Positions 1-11,003 of a stretch of 58,325 nt of DNA are shown one piece after another; the stretch's first letter is position 1, and each line of letters begins with the position of its first letter. The stretch lies in the NCBI GenBank assembly GCA_012727485.1, contig JAAYHF010000169.1, positions 1-58,325 of the forward strand. The letters are read 5' to 3'. Origin of the DNA: Eubacteriaceae bacterium (GTDB lineage: Bacteria > Bacillota > Clostridia > Eubacteriales > Anaerofustaceae). Made by a program: the position numbers and the translations under genes. The notes under the pieces are model-generated. The model saw only the letters and a list, made by a program, of their open reading frames with translations. It was not told the origin of the DNA and did no database searches.

Positions 1-393
1 GCCCTCTTTTATCTGCTGAAGAATGTATTGCTTGGCATTCTGGGCCGCCACCCTTCCGAAATCCGCCGGTTCAAGCCTGAATTCAAGCACATCTCCCAAC
101 TGAACATTATCCCCGTATTGTTTCGCTTCCTCAAGGGAAATCTGGGTTATCTCATCTTCTGTGGTTTCGCAGACGACCTTCTGGGAGAACATATCTATCA
201 CCCCCGTTACGGGATCGATTTTAACCCTCACATTTTGGGCGGCCTTGTAATCCTTTTTATAAGCCGCCACCAAAGCGGTTTCCACCGCCGCCAAAACATC
301 GCTCTTTTTAATTCCCTTTAATCTTTCTATTTCATCGAGAGCTTCGACGAAGCTCTTTAAGGTATCTTCCTTACTCGGAGCTTTCTTTTTCAT
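1..393 (-). CDS. nusA: Transcription termination/antitermination factor NusA, N-terminal part (gene runs off the left edge)
   Basis: Absent from the ORF track because it is open at the window edge. My reverse-strand translation from ATG 393-391 gives MKKKAPSKEDTLKSFVEALDEIERLKGIKKSDVLAAVETALVAAYKKDY...FGRVAAQNAKQYILQQIKEG, which is NusA N-domain-like. AAGGAGG lies 7 nt upstream. It sits directly downstream of rimP, as in the conserved operon. Confidence 0.85.
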   Translation of the reverse strand, partial: MKKKAPSKEDTLKSFVEALDEIERLKGIKKSDVLAAVETALVAAYKKDYKAAQNVRVKIDPVTGVIDMFSQKVVCETTEDEITQISLEEAKQYGDNVQLGDVLEFRLEPADFGRVAAQNAKQYILQQIKEG

Positions 394-408
394 TTCCGTG
401 CCTCCTTG

Positions 409-873
409 CTAAAACTTAAAATCAAAATGCAAATTTATCTTTGCCACGTTGTCCTTCGGTATTTCGAACCTTCTGCCCTCGGTTTCAAAGGAGAAAACTC
501 CGTTTTCATAACCCAAAAGCTTGCAGGAGAATTTCTTTTGATTATCCACGGCTGAGTAAAGGGACAAATCCACTTCGCTCCCCGCAAATCTGACATAATC
601 CTTCTCTTTTTTAAGCACTCGGTTCACCCCCGGGGAGGATACCTCCAAAACAAAGGGTTCTTCGGGGACAAAATCCAAGTTGTCTATCACTTCGCTGATT
701 TCCCGATTAACATTGACGCAGTCCTCCAGGCTGACTGCTCCCTGCGGCTTTTCCACATAGAAACGCAGGATTTTGTCCGCCCCCTCCTTGACATACTCCG
801 CATCCGCCAATTCGCACCCGCAACGCTCGATTACGGGTAGGGCTATTTCGGTTAATTTATCGAGAAAATTCAT
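409..873 (-). CDS. rimP: Ribosome maturation factor RimP
   Basis: The ORF is 409-915. I prefer the start at MNFLDKLTEIALPVIE (ATG 873) with AAAGGGG upstream. LEVSSPGVNRVLKK matches the RimP signature. nusA lies downstream. Confidence 0.85.
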   Translation of the reverse strand: MNFLDKLTEIALPVIERCGCELADAEYVKEGADKILRFYVEKPQGAVSLEDCVNVNREISEVIDNLDFVPEEPFVLEVSSPGVNRVLKKEKDYVRFAGSEVDLSLYSAVDNQKKFSCKLLGYENGVFSFETEGRRFEIPKDNVAKINLHFDFKF

Positions 874-885
874 AATGCCCCTTTC

Positions 886-916
886 AGAAAGAAATGAGTG
901 GGTCAGCCCACTCATT
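886..916 (-). promoter_or_regulatory. Leader hairpin (10-bp perfect stem AATGAGTGGG/CCCACTCATT, loop CTGA) followed by TCTTTCT; terminator-like attenuator in the rimP-nusA 5' leader
   Basis: The stem at 893-902/907-916 was read directly. It lies between the predicted promoter (927-955) and the rimP start codon. Confidence 0.5.
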
Positions 917-926
917 AAGTCGATTT

Positions 927-955
927 ATAATAACATAAAAATCGGCTTTTGTAAA
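927..955 (-). promoter_or_regulatory. Sigma-A-type promoter of rimP-nusA (TTTACA-17-TATTAT)
   Basis: On the minus strand, -35 TTTACA is at 955-950, the spacer is 17 nt, and -10 TATTAT is at 932-927. Confidence 0.45.
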
Positions 956-975
956 GGATAAAATGAACAAATTGA

Positions 976-1010
976 CTAAAAAAGCCGCCGAGTTATATTA
1001 TTCGGCGGTT
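976..1010 (-). terminator. Intrinsic terminator readable only on the minus strand (stem CCGCCGA/TCGGCGG, then CTTTTTT)
   Basis: The 7-bp GC-rich stem is at 985-991/1002-1008, with an A-run at 978-983 (T-run on the minus strand). There is no minus-strand gene upstream, so its role is unclear; it may insulate against antisense transcription. Confidence 0.4.
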
Positions 1011-1029
1011 GTGTGATAAAATGTAGCAA

Positions 1030-1893
1030 ATGAATAATGATTTTACAGCCGAAATTATAAAAAAAGCCGCCGAAGAAGGCTTTGTTTTGATAAACCGCAG
1101 GGATATTTCCTACGGAGTACAGCTCACCTTCGAGAGGGGCGGGCAAAGGGATATGATAAGGCTTTACGAAAACACCAAGGGTAAAAGGAGCATAGACACC
1201 TCCCTGACCAAATCCGATAAACTCAAGGCGTTGGCGGGGGGAACGCACCAAAGCGCCGAAAACCCCCTCTTAGCCCCTCCCCTCATCGGTTCGGACGAGG
1301 CGGGCAAGGGGGATTGGCTGGGGCCGCTGACGGTCTGCGCCCTTTACGCCGATGAGGTCATGTACGAAAAATTGGCCGCCTCGGGGGTGAAGGACAGCAA
1401 GAAACTCACCCCGGGCAAGATAGAAAAGCTCAAGGACGAGATTTTAGCCGTTTGTCCCCATTACAGCATAATCGTTATTACCCCTTCGGAGTTCAACAGA
1501 CTCTACGAGCAAAAAAAGAATATCAACCTCATTTTAACCGCCGCCCACGCCGCGGCGATAAAAAGCGTTTACGCCAAAAGCGGTTGCGGGCGGGTATTGA
1601 TAGATAAATTCGCCCCCGAATACCGCATAGCGGGGGAACTGGGGGATTATCCCCTCGAGATTCATCAGGAAAACAGGGCGGAAGCCAACTTTGCCGTGGC
1701 GGCGGCGAGTATTTTGGCAAGATATACCTATATGGCAAAACTAAAGCAGATGAGCGAGAAATACGGAATCGACTTCCCCCCCGGCGCGGCAAATGCGGCG
1801 AATACAGCCGCAGGGCAGTTTGCGGCGAAATACGGGAAAGAATTTTTAGGGGATATATGCAAGATAAGCTTTAAGAATACGCAAAAAATTTAA
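1030..1893 (+). CDS. rnhC: Ribonuclease HIII
   Basis: 287 aa. The N-terminal region resembles the RNase HIII substrate-binding domain, followed by GSDEAGKGDWLGPL (the RNase HII/HIII catalytic DE motif). Confidence 0.8.
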   Translation: MNNDFTAEIIKKAAEEGFVLINRRDISYGVQLTFERGGQRDMIRLYENTKGKRSIDTSLTKSDKLKALAGGTHQSAENPLLAPPLIGSDEAGKGDWLGPLTVCALYADEVMYEKLAASGVKDSKKLTPGKIEKLKDEILAVCPHYSIIVITPSEFNRLYEQKKNINLILTAAHAAAIKSVYAKSGCGRVLIDKFAPEYRIAGELGDYPLEIHQENRAEANFAVAAASILARYTYMAKLKQMSEKYGIDFPPGAANAANTAAGQFAAKYGKEFLGDICKISFKNTQKI

Positions 1894-1950
1894 AAGCCCT
1901 GCAAATTGAGCAAACTACTGCGGGTAGTTGCGGTATTATTGAGCGCTGTT

Positions 1951-2022
1951 ATAAACGGGCAAACCCCGATTAACGGGGCAAACCCCGATTAACGGGGCAA
2001 ACCCCGATTAACGGGGCTAACC
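1951..2022. repeat. Tandem 19-bp repeat, about 3.4 copies of GGGGCAAACCCCGATTAAC
   Basis: Units at 1957-1974, 1975-1993 and 1994-2012, with a partial unit at 2013-2022. Each unit can form a GGGG-CAAA-CCCC or CCCC-GATTAAC-GGGG hairpin. The array lies between rnhC and ligA. Confidence 0.9.
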
Positions 2023-2041
2023 GCAAACCAACCGACCGTGA

Positions 2042-4075
<2,034 letters not shown>

Positions 4076-4076
4076 C

Positions 4077-4958
4077 ATGGAAAAATTGCGGCTGAAAGCC
4101 CCGGGCAAGATTAATTTGGGGCTTGACATAATAGGAAAGAGGGCAGACGGCTACCACGATATAAAGACCCTCATGCACACAATTTCGCTTTACGACGAGC
4201 TGACCTTCGCCAAAGCCGAAAAAACGAGCCTTATCTGCGATGATCCGGATATACCCGGGGATACGAACAACATCGTGATAAAATGCGTTCTTGCGCTGGA
4301 GAGCCATGTCAAAAGGGAACTGCCCGTTGCAATCACTCTGAAAAAAAACATACCCACCCGGGCGGGGCTGGGCGGAGGGAGCGCAGACGGGGCTTGCACC
4401 CTCAGGGCGCTGAACTTTCTTTATGATCTCAATGTCGGCTTGGAGGAGCTTTGCGAGGCGGGCAAAGGAGTGGGGGCGGATATACCCTTTATGGTCAGGG
4501 GGGGCTTTGCCCTTTGCGAAGGCATAGGAGAGAGGATCACTCCCATTGAAAACACCTTCTCTTATCCCCTGCTTTTGGTGAAGCCGAATTTTTCGGTGGA
4601 TACCAAAGCCGCCTACGACTTTTCCGACAACGCCCATAATCAGCCTAACTGCGATTTCGAAAGGATACTCGCCTCCCTTGAAAAACCAGGGGTCTGCGAA
4701 GCGAGGAACGATTTCGAAGAATATTTGGCCGCATTCCACCCCAAAGCCCTCGAAATTAAAGCGGAGCTTTATGAAAGCGGGGCTTTTTTGGCGGGGCTTT
4801 CCGGCAGCGGGAGCTGTTTTTACGGCATTTTCGAGCAAACCGAAACGGCGCAAAGGGCTGCAGAGGTTTTAAGCGGCAAATATCCCTTTGTCTGCACACA
4901 AAGACTTTGCGATTCACAGGGGGCATTAATCGATCACAAGGGGCTTATTATCAAATGA
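4077..4958 (+). CDS. ispE: 4-diphosphocytidyl-2-C-methyl-D-erythritol kinase
   Basis: The N-terminus KAPGKINLGLDIIGKRADGYH and the GHMP-kinase motif GLGGGSADGA support the call. Confidence 0.9.
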   Translation: MEKLRLKAPGKINLGLDIIGKRADGYHDIKTLMHTISLYDELTFAKAEKTSLICDDPDIPGDTNNIVIKCVLALESHVKRELPVAITLKKNIPTRAGLGGGSADGACTLRALNFLYDLNVGLEELCEAGKGVGADIPFMVRGGFALCEGIGERITPIENTFSYPLLLVKPNFSVDTKAAYDFSDNAHNQPNCDFERILASLEKPGVCEARNDFEEYLAAFHPKALEIKAELYESGAFLAGLSGSGSCFYGIFEQTETAQRAAEVLSGKYPFVCTQRLCDSQGALIDHKGLIIK

Positions 4959-5620
4959 AAAAAGCAATTTTGTTGGGTGTATGCGCTATTCTCCTTTTAT
5001 CCCTCCTTACGGGTTGCGGCAAGGGCGGCGACAGCGAAATCATCATCGACAAGAGTCAGACAAAAAAGGTTTCCTTCGGAGAATGGAAGGATAAAACCTT
5101 TGTTTCCCGCTGGCTCGGCTTAACCTTCGCCCTGCCCGATAAAATGAGTTCGGCAAGCGCTGAGGAATTGAAAAACACCTTTCAAATCGGAGAGGACAGC
5201 GTCATAAACGAAGGGGCGGAGTTAAGCGAGGAAATCCTTGCGGACGAGCAGATATGTTATTATTACGATTTGAAGCTTAAAGACGGCGGCGGCACGCTTT
5301 GCTGTTGTCTTTATTATTTCGATACCCAAAAGAAATTGGGAGCGCAGTTAAGCTCCGCCAATTATGCCCTGAACCTGCGCGAAGCCCTTACGGCCAAGGG
5401 CTGTGAGCTGACCGAAAGCGAAAGGGCTTTGATTGCCGGGCGGGATTATATCCGCTTCGAAGCATCGCTCAATCAGTATGTGAAAAATGTCTATTACATC
5501 GGCAAATGCGAGGGAATTACGGTGATATGGATAACCGCCGAATATACGGGGCAAACCCCGAGCGTTTCGGAATTTATAAATGGGATTATGAGCTATGAAA
5601 CCTCAAACGACAAGAATTGA
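4955..5620 (+). CDS. Lipoprotein of unknown function
   Basis: The start at MKKAILLGVCAILLLSLLTGC carries a lipobox (LTGC). It overlaps the ispE stop as ATGA. Confidence 0.7.
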   Translation: MKKAILLGVCAILLLSLLTGCGKGGDSEIIIDKSQTKKVSFGEWKDKTFVSRWLGLTFALPDKMSSASAEELKNTFQIGEDSVINEGAELSEEILADEQICYYYDLKLKDGGGTLCCCLYYFDTQKKLGAQLSSANYALNLREALTAKGCELTESERALIAGRDYIRFEASLNQYVKNVYYIGKCEGITVIWITAEYTGQTPSVSEFINGIMSYETSNDKN

Positions 5621-5897
5621 GGGTTAAGCAGATAAATCTGCCCAAATAAATCTAAGGCTTTACAGCACAGTTTAAACCGCAAAAGCAACCGCCCTATTTA
5701 CCTTAAAGGATAAAAAGGGAAAATATTTTACCATTTCACGCTTGAACCAGTTGAGGGTTGTTCTCGTGCGGTAAAAGCTTGCAAAGAAAAGAAACAATCC
5801 TGTCTATGAGGGTAAATACCTTGGGGAGTGTTTATGCGTACAGCTTAAGACGAACCGCGAACCGTGCGGCGTTGCCTTATAAAAAGGCGAATCGTTG

Positions 5898-6581
5898 CTA
5901 TCCCCGATAATCCGCATCATCAAATGGCTCGACATCGTTGGTCGCCTTGATGAGAGTGAAAGCCCTTTTATAGAGCAACACCATAAAGGGCAGGAAGATG
6001 AGCAAAGCCCAATCCAAATCGAGGAATAAAATCGCATCGTATACGCCGTGGGCAAAGACCGGGGAAATCAGCGAAAGGGCGCGGTAAAAACCGCGCTTTT
6101 CGGGCACAAATTTGCTGAGGGAGAGAAAATAGCCCATCAAAACCCCGAAGATGGCGTGGGCGGGAACAGCGGTCACAGCCCTCACTAAGGCTGTGGTAAA
6201 GCCGTATTGATTGACATAAAGGATATTTTCTATGGTGGCGAATCCCAGGGAGACAAAACTACAGTAAATAATGCCGTCATAAAGCTCGTCATAGGATTTT
6301 TTGCGGTAGGCTATAAGGCGGCAGGCAATGAATTTAACGCTTTCTTCCACCAGAGCCACCCCGAAAAAGGCCTGCATCACGAGTTGAAAGGGGCTGTATG
6401 CATTGCCGAAAAGGTTCACATAAAGCTGTTCCAAAACCACCGCCGGCACAGCCGTTACCACACCGGCGATAAAAAGCAGAACAAGAAGGCCCAAGGGCTC
6501 TTTTTTATATTTGTCGAACCTTAAAAGAAAGAATACTATCACCACAGTGGGCAGCAGGGCTATGAAAAGTTCCTTTGTCAT
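5898..6581 (-). CDS. PrsW-family intramembrane metalloprotease
   Basis: It is polytopic and carries the EESVKF and HAIFG / AHGVYD motifs typical of the PrsW family. Confidence 0.7.
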   Translation of the reverse strand: MTKELFIALLPTVVIVFFLLRFDKYKKEPLGLLVLLFIAGVVTAVPAVVLEQLYVNLFGNAYSPFQLVMQAFFGVALVEESVKFIACRLIAYRKKSYDELYDGIIYCSFVSLGFATIENILYVNQYGFTTALVRAVTAVPAHAIFGVLMGYFLSLSKFVPEKRGFYRALSLISPVFAHGVYDAILFLDLDWALLIFLPFMVLLYKRAFTLIKATNDVEPFDDADYRG

Positions 6582-6703
6582 TTTTTCACCGCATTATTTT
6601 ATTTCGTTCCCATTTTAACAAAACGAGACTCTTTTTGAAATAAGTTTGGTGTAAAATACGCAAAGTATACTATAATTAAAATGCTATTATTTCGGAGGTT
6701 TAA

Positions 6704-9631
6704 ATGGATAACATCAAAGGTTACAGGCTTATAAAGAGCGAATACATAAAGGAGGTATCGGGTGAGGCTTACCTTTACGAGCATATTAACTCCGGGGCAA
6801 GGCTGATAGGGTTGAAAAACAACGACAAGAACAAGGTTTTTTGCATAACCCTGCTCACCTCCCCCGAGGACGACTGCGGAACCGCCCATATCATCGAACA
6901 TTCCGTACTTTGCGGAAGCGATAAATACCCGCTGAAGGAGCCCTTTGTCCAGCTTCTCAAAACTTCCTTGAATACCTTTCTTAACGCCATGACCTATCCG
7001 GATAAGACCATGTATCCCGTGGCGAGCATGAACGACAAGGATTTCGAAAATTTGGTTGATGTTTACTGCGATGCGGTTTTCAACCCCCTTATCAAGACCG
7101 ATGATTTTGCATTCCTTCAGGAAGGGCATCATTACGAATACGACAGCTCAGAAGATAAACTGACCATAAACGGGGTTGTATACAACGAAATGAAGGGGGC
7201 GACCTCCTCCCCCGAGGATATGCTTTTCGAAGCGGTGGAAGCGGGTCTTTTCCCCGGAACCATATATTCCTTCAATTCCGGCGGAGATCCGAAAAGCATT
7301 CCCGAGCTGACATACGAAAAATATCTGAATTTCTATAATAAGCATTATCACCCCTCCAACAGCTATATTTTCATCTACGGCGACACCGATATAAAAAAGC
7401 ACATGGAAACCCTTGATGAGAAATATCTTTCCGCTTATGGGAGAATTGCCCCCGTTCAAGCGGATTTCGCCCCGAAGCAGTTCAGCGGGCCGACCGAAGT
7501 CACTTTAGACTATGCGGCGGACGACGAGCAGTGTTCGGACAAATATTGGTTTGCTTGCAACTATGCCATGGCAAAGGCGGGGGACACGAAACAGATTCTC
7601 GCGCTGAATGTTTTAAGCAAGATCCTTTTCGACACCGATTCCTCTGTTCTCAAAAAAGCCCTGACGGACGCGAAGATAGGCGAGGAAGTCTATTGCAGTT
7701 ACACCACCGAGGAATTCACCACCTTCATGTCGATATATGTTAAAAACGCCCCCGGGGAGAACCTTGTGCTTTTGGAGGACACCATAAAAGAAACCCTCGA
7801 AAAACTCTGCAAGGAGGGAATAGACGACGAGGTCATTCTTTCCTGCGTGAACAACACCGAATTCTTCCTCAGGGAAGCGGACGCGGGCAGCGCCCCCAAG
7901 GGGCTTATTCACGCCATAAGGGTGATGGAAAATTGGCTTTACGGTTATGACCCCTTCGAACAGCTCAAATACGAAGGGGCTCTCGAATATCTACGGAAAA
8001 ACATGGGAAGTGATTTTTATGTGGGGCTTATTCGCAAATATTTCCTTGAAAACAAGCACACCGGCACAGTCACCCTGAAACCCGTTTACGCCCTGGGCGA
8101 GCAAAAGGAAGCCGAGCTTTCCCAAAAGCTCGAAGAATATAAAAATTCGCTGAGCAAATCCCGGCTTGTGCAAATAACAGAAAACGCCCTTAAACTAAGG
8201 GAGCGCCAGAACACCCCCGATTCCCCGGAGGACACCGCAAAAATCCCCGTGTTGGAAGTCGATGAGATAGCCCGGGAATGTGAAAAGCTTTCTCTTGATT
8301 TGACCGAAAACGGGGAAAGCCGCATATTCACATACACGGGAGAGTGTTCGGACATCGTATATGTGGATTTCAACTTCGATGCGGCGGATCTTAGCGCAGA
8401 GCAGGCGGCTCCGATGGAACTGCTCCGCAGTATTCTGGGGGTATATGCAACGGATAAATATTCCGAATACGATTTGGGAAATACCCAGGGGATCTATTTG
8501 GGCGACAGCGGGAGCGCCATAAGTATTCAGCAGAATTACAACGATATAAATGCCTATGAACGCAGATTCACCTATATGAGCAAGGCCCTTTTCTCCAATG
8601 CGGATAAGCTTTTTTCCCTTTCGGAGGAGTGTCTGCTTGCCACTCGCATTGACGATACGGAAAGGCTTAAGGTGACAATCCGCGAAGAAATAAGCAAATT
8701 CGAGAATTCCTTGGTGAATGAAGCGGAAACCCACGCTTTGCTTCGTATGGACGCGGCCTGCTCCCATAAGGGCGCCTTCCGCAACAACGCCAGGGGGGAG
8801 AATTATTACAGATACCTGCTGAAAACCAACGCCCGCCTGAACGCCGGGGACAACGGTGTTTTAAGCGAATTAAAGAGCCTTGCGGCAAAGATAGTTACCC
8901 GCTCGAGGCTGGATATTCTCATCACCTGCGACAAGGCCCATGAGAAAGCGATGATTTCAAAGGCGGCCGCCTTCGCCCAAAGACTGCCCGAAAGAACCCG
9001 GGGGGAAAACACCTTCATCGCCCTTTCTCCCGCAGTGAACGAGGGGATAATAATCCCCAGTGCCGTATGTTACACGGCGCAGGGGATAAACCTCAAAAAC
9101 GCCGGGGGTTATATGCCCGAAAGTTTCGGGGTTTGCCGCAAATATCTATACACCGATTACCTTTGGAACAACATAAGGGTAAAGGGCGGCGCCTACGGCG
9201 CAATGATAAGAGCCGACCGGGGCGGGGATCTGATGCTCGTTTCCTATCGGGACCCCAATGTGAAAAACACCTATCGGGTGTATGAGGGGATCCCCGAGGA
9301 ACTTATGAGCTTAAAACTGAGCAAAAGGCAGACCGATAACTTCATCATCGGCACCATCAGCGATATGGACTCTCCCAAACCCGTATATGCCAAGGGCAGA
9401 AACGCCTTGGGTTATATTTATGCCGATTATTCCCATGAGCAAAGGCAAGCCCTCCGGGAAGCCGTTCTTTCCACAACAGTGAAGGATTTGAACGACGCCG
9501 CAATCCAATTCGAGTTACTGCTCGAAAAGGGAATCAAGGTGGCCTTGGCTCCCGCAAACAAACTAAACGAATACGAAGGTTTCGATTCCATTCGAACCAT
9601 AAACAGGAACAACGCAGATGAAAACCGCTAA
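6704..9631 (+). CDS. Insulinase-family (M16C, PreP-like) zinc peptidase
   Basis: 975 aa. The inverted zinc motif HxxEH is present (AHIIEHSVLCGS). Length and architecture fit the M16C family. Confidence 0.8.
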   Translation: MDNIKGYRLIKSEYIKEVSGEAYLYEHINSGARLIGLKNNDKNKVFCITLLTSPEDDCGTAHIIEHSVLCGSDKYPLKEPFVQLLKTSLNTFLNAMTYPDKTMYPVASMNDKDFENLVDVYCDAVFNPLIKTDDFAFLQEGHHYEYDSSEDKLTINGVVYNEMKGATSSPEDMLFEAVEAGLFPGTIYSFNSGGDPKSIPELTYEKYLNFYNKHYHPSNSYIFIYGDTDIKKHMETLDEKYLSAYGRIAPVQADFAPKQFSGPTEVTLDYAADDEQCSDKYWFACNYAMAKAGDTKQILALNVLSKILFDTDSSVLKKALTDAKIGEEVYCSYTTEEFTTFMSIYVKNAPGENLVLLEDTIKETLEKLCKEGIDDEVILSCVNNTEFFLREADAGSAPKGLIHAIRVMENWLYGYDPFEQLKYEGALEYLRKNMGSDFYVGLIRKYFLENKHTGTVTLKPVYALGEQKEAELSQKLEEYKNSLSKSRLVQITENALKLRERQNTPDSPEDTAKIPVLEVDEIARECEKLSLDLTENGESRIFTYTGECSDIVYVDFNFDAADLSAEQAAPMELLRSILGVYATDKYSEYDLGNTQGIYLGDSGSAISIQQNYNDINAYERRFTYMSKALFSNADKLFSLSEECLLATRIDDTERLKVTIREEISKFENSLVNEAETHALLRMDAACSHKGAFRNNARGENYYRYLLKTNARLNAGDNGVLSELKSLAAKIVTRSRLDILITCDKAHEKAMISKAAAFAQRLPERTRGENTFIALSPAVNEGIIIPSAVCYTAQGINLKNAGGYMPESFGVCRKYLYTDYLWNNIRVKGGAYGAMIRADRGGDLMLVSYRDPNVKNTYRVYEGIPEELMSLKLSKRQTDNFIIGTISDMDSPKPVYAKGRNALGYIYADYSHEQRQALREAVLSTTVKDLNDAAIQFELLLEKGIKVALAPANKLNEYEGFDSIRTINRNNADENR

Positions 9632-11003
9632 AAAACTTTTATCGGCGGCGCTGGCTTTACTGCTGGCGCTTTCATTTACTCCCGGAACAGTTTATTCGGC
9701 CGATTTCGATTTGGCGCCCTATTCCTCGATAGGTCTTTTCATTTATGAGGAAACCACGGGAACGGTGCTTTTGGAGAAAAATGCCCACACAAGGCTTTAC
9801 CCCGGGAGTATCACCAAGATAATGACCACCATAACCGCCCTGGATTACATGGATAACATGGAGGAAAAAGTAAGGGTCACCTCCGCCGCCCTGGGCTTGG
9901 TGGGGCCCAACAGCTCCACAGCCAATCTATCGGCGGGAGAGGAGCTGACCTTCCGTCAGCTCATATATGCCACCCTTATCCCCTCCGGAAACGATGCGGC
10001 GATAGTGACCGCGGTGGCCTGCGGGGAAAAGATATTGGGGAAAAAGGCCTCGGTGGGCGAATGTTACTCGGCTTTCCTTGAAAAAATGAACGAAAAATCC
10101 CTGCAAATGGGGCTTACCGAATCCCATTGGGCAAATGCGGACGGCTACGACAACACGCAGAACTATTCCACCGCCTTTGATATCGTAACCCTGGGGAGGG
10201 CGGCTTCGAAAATGAGCTTAATAACCGAAACCGTGGGCAATCTTTCCGTGAAGCAGACCACAAACACCGCCACCCACGAATGGAAAAGCACCAATGTTTT
10301 AAAATACGAAACCCTGCCCGCCTATTACGGCGGAGGGGGAGCAAACCCCTATTATTCACCGCTGGTGACGGGCATGAAAACCGGATATACCAAAATGGGG
10401 CAGAAATGCTTCCTTATGACCGCCACGGACGGGAAGATGAATATTATCGGAGCTTTCCTGAATGTTCCCGACGACAACAAAATGGAGATTTGGCAGAAAG
10501 CCGACAGCGTGCTTGACTATGTTTTCAAGGGCCATGCCATAGTTTCCCTCATAACCGATGAAAACAGGAGCGCAACCTACTCTGTGGCAAATCCCTCGGT
10601 TTTCCAATCAGGTCAGCTCGCCATATACGCTCGGGAGGATCTGACCCTTTGTTTGGATAAGGATAAGATAAATAAATACGGCTACATGACCACCCTTTCC
10701 GCCGATACGGTGGCTGCGGAGGAGGACGGGGTACTGCGGCTAAAGCGGGATATTGTGCCGGGAGATGTGATAGGTCAGCTTGTATTCTTCTGCGACGGGG
10801 ATATAATCGCCAAAACGGATATGATAACCGCCGAAAAATTCGATATATTCGGCAAATCCGATATTGTGATGATAGCGGTATTCGTGACAGCCATAGGCAT
10901 ATTCATCGTTTTGATGAGTATGCTCCAGAAAAAGAAACTAAAAAAGAAGAAATTGAGAAGAAAGAAAAATGCAGCAAAGAGTTCTAAAAACGCTCGAGTA
11001 TGA
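9618..11003 (+). CDS. D-alanyl-D-alanine carboxypeptidase (S11 / PBP5-type) with a C-terminal TM segment and Lys-rich tail
   Basis: It has a signal peptide, SITK (SxxK), SGND (SxN) and KTGYT (KTG). The C-terminus has a TM helix followed by QKKKLKKKKLRRKK. Confidence 0.85.
   Translation: MKTAKKLLSAALALLLALSFTPGTVYSADFDLAPYSSIGLFIYEETTGTVLLEKNAHTRLYPGSITKIMTTITALDYMDNMEEKVRVTSAALGLVGPNSSTANLSAGEELTFRQLIYATLIPSGNDAAIVTAVACGEKILGKKASVGECYSAFLEKMNEKSLQMGLTESHWANADGYDNTQNYSTAFDIVTLGRAASKMSLITETVGNLSVKQTTNTATHEWKSTNVLKYETLPAYYGGGGANPYYSPLVTGMKTGYTKMGQKCFLMTATDGKMNIIGAFLNVPDDNKMEIWQKADSVLDYVFKGHAIVSLITDENRSATYSVANPSVFQSGQLAIYAREDLTLCLDKDKINKYGYMTTLSADTVAAEEDGVLRLKRDIVPGDVIGQLVFFCDGDIIAKTDMITAEKFDIFGKSDIVMIAVFVTAIGIFIVLMSMLQKKKLKKKKLRRKKNAAKSSKNARV

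Noticed and set aside
28-321. 97-aa plus-strand ORF at the left edge
   Set aside because: It lies antisense to a clear NusA N-terminal coding sequence on the minus strand and has no RBS or protein-like features. It is a shadow ORF.
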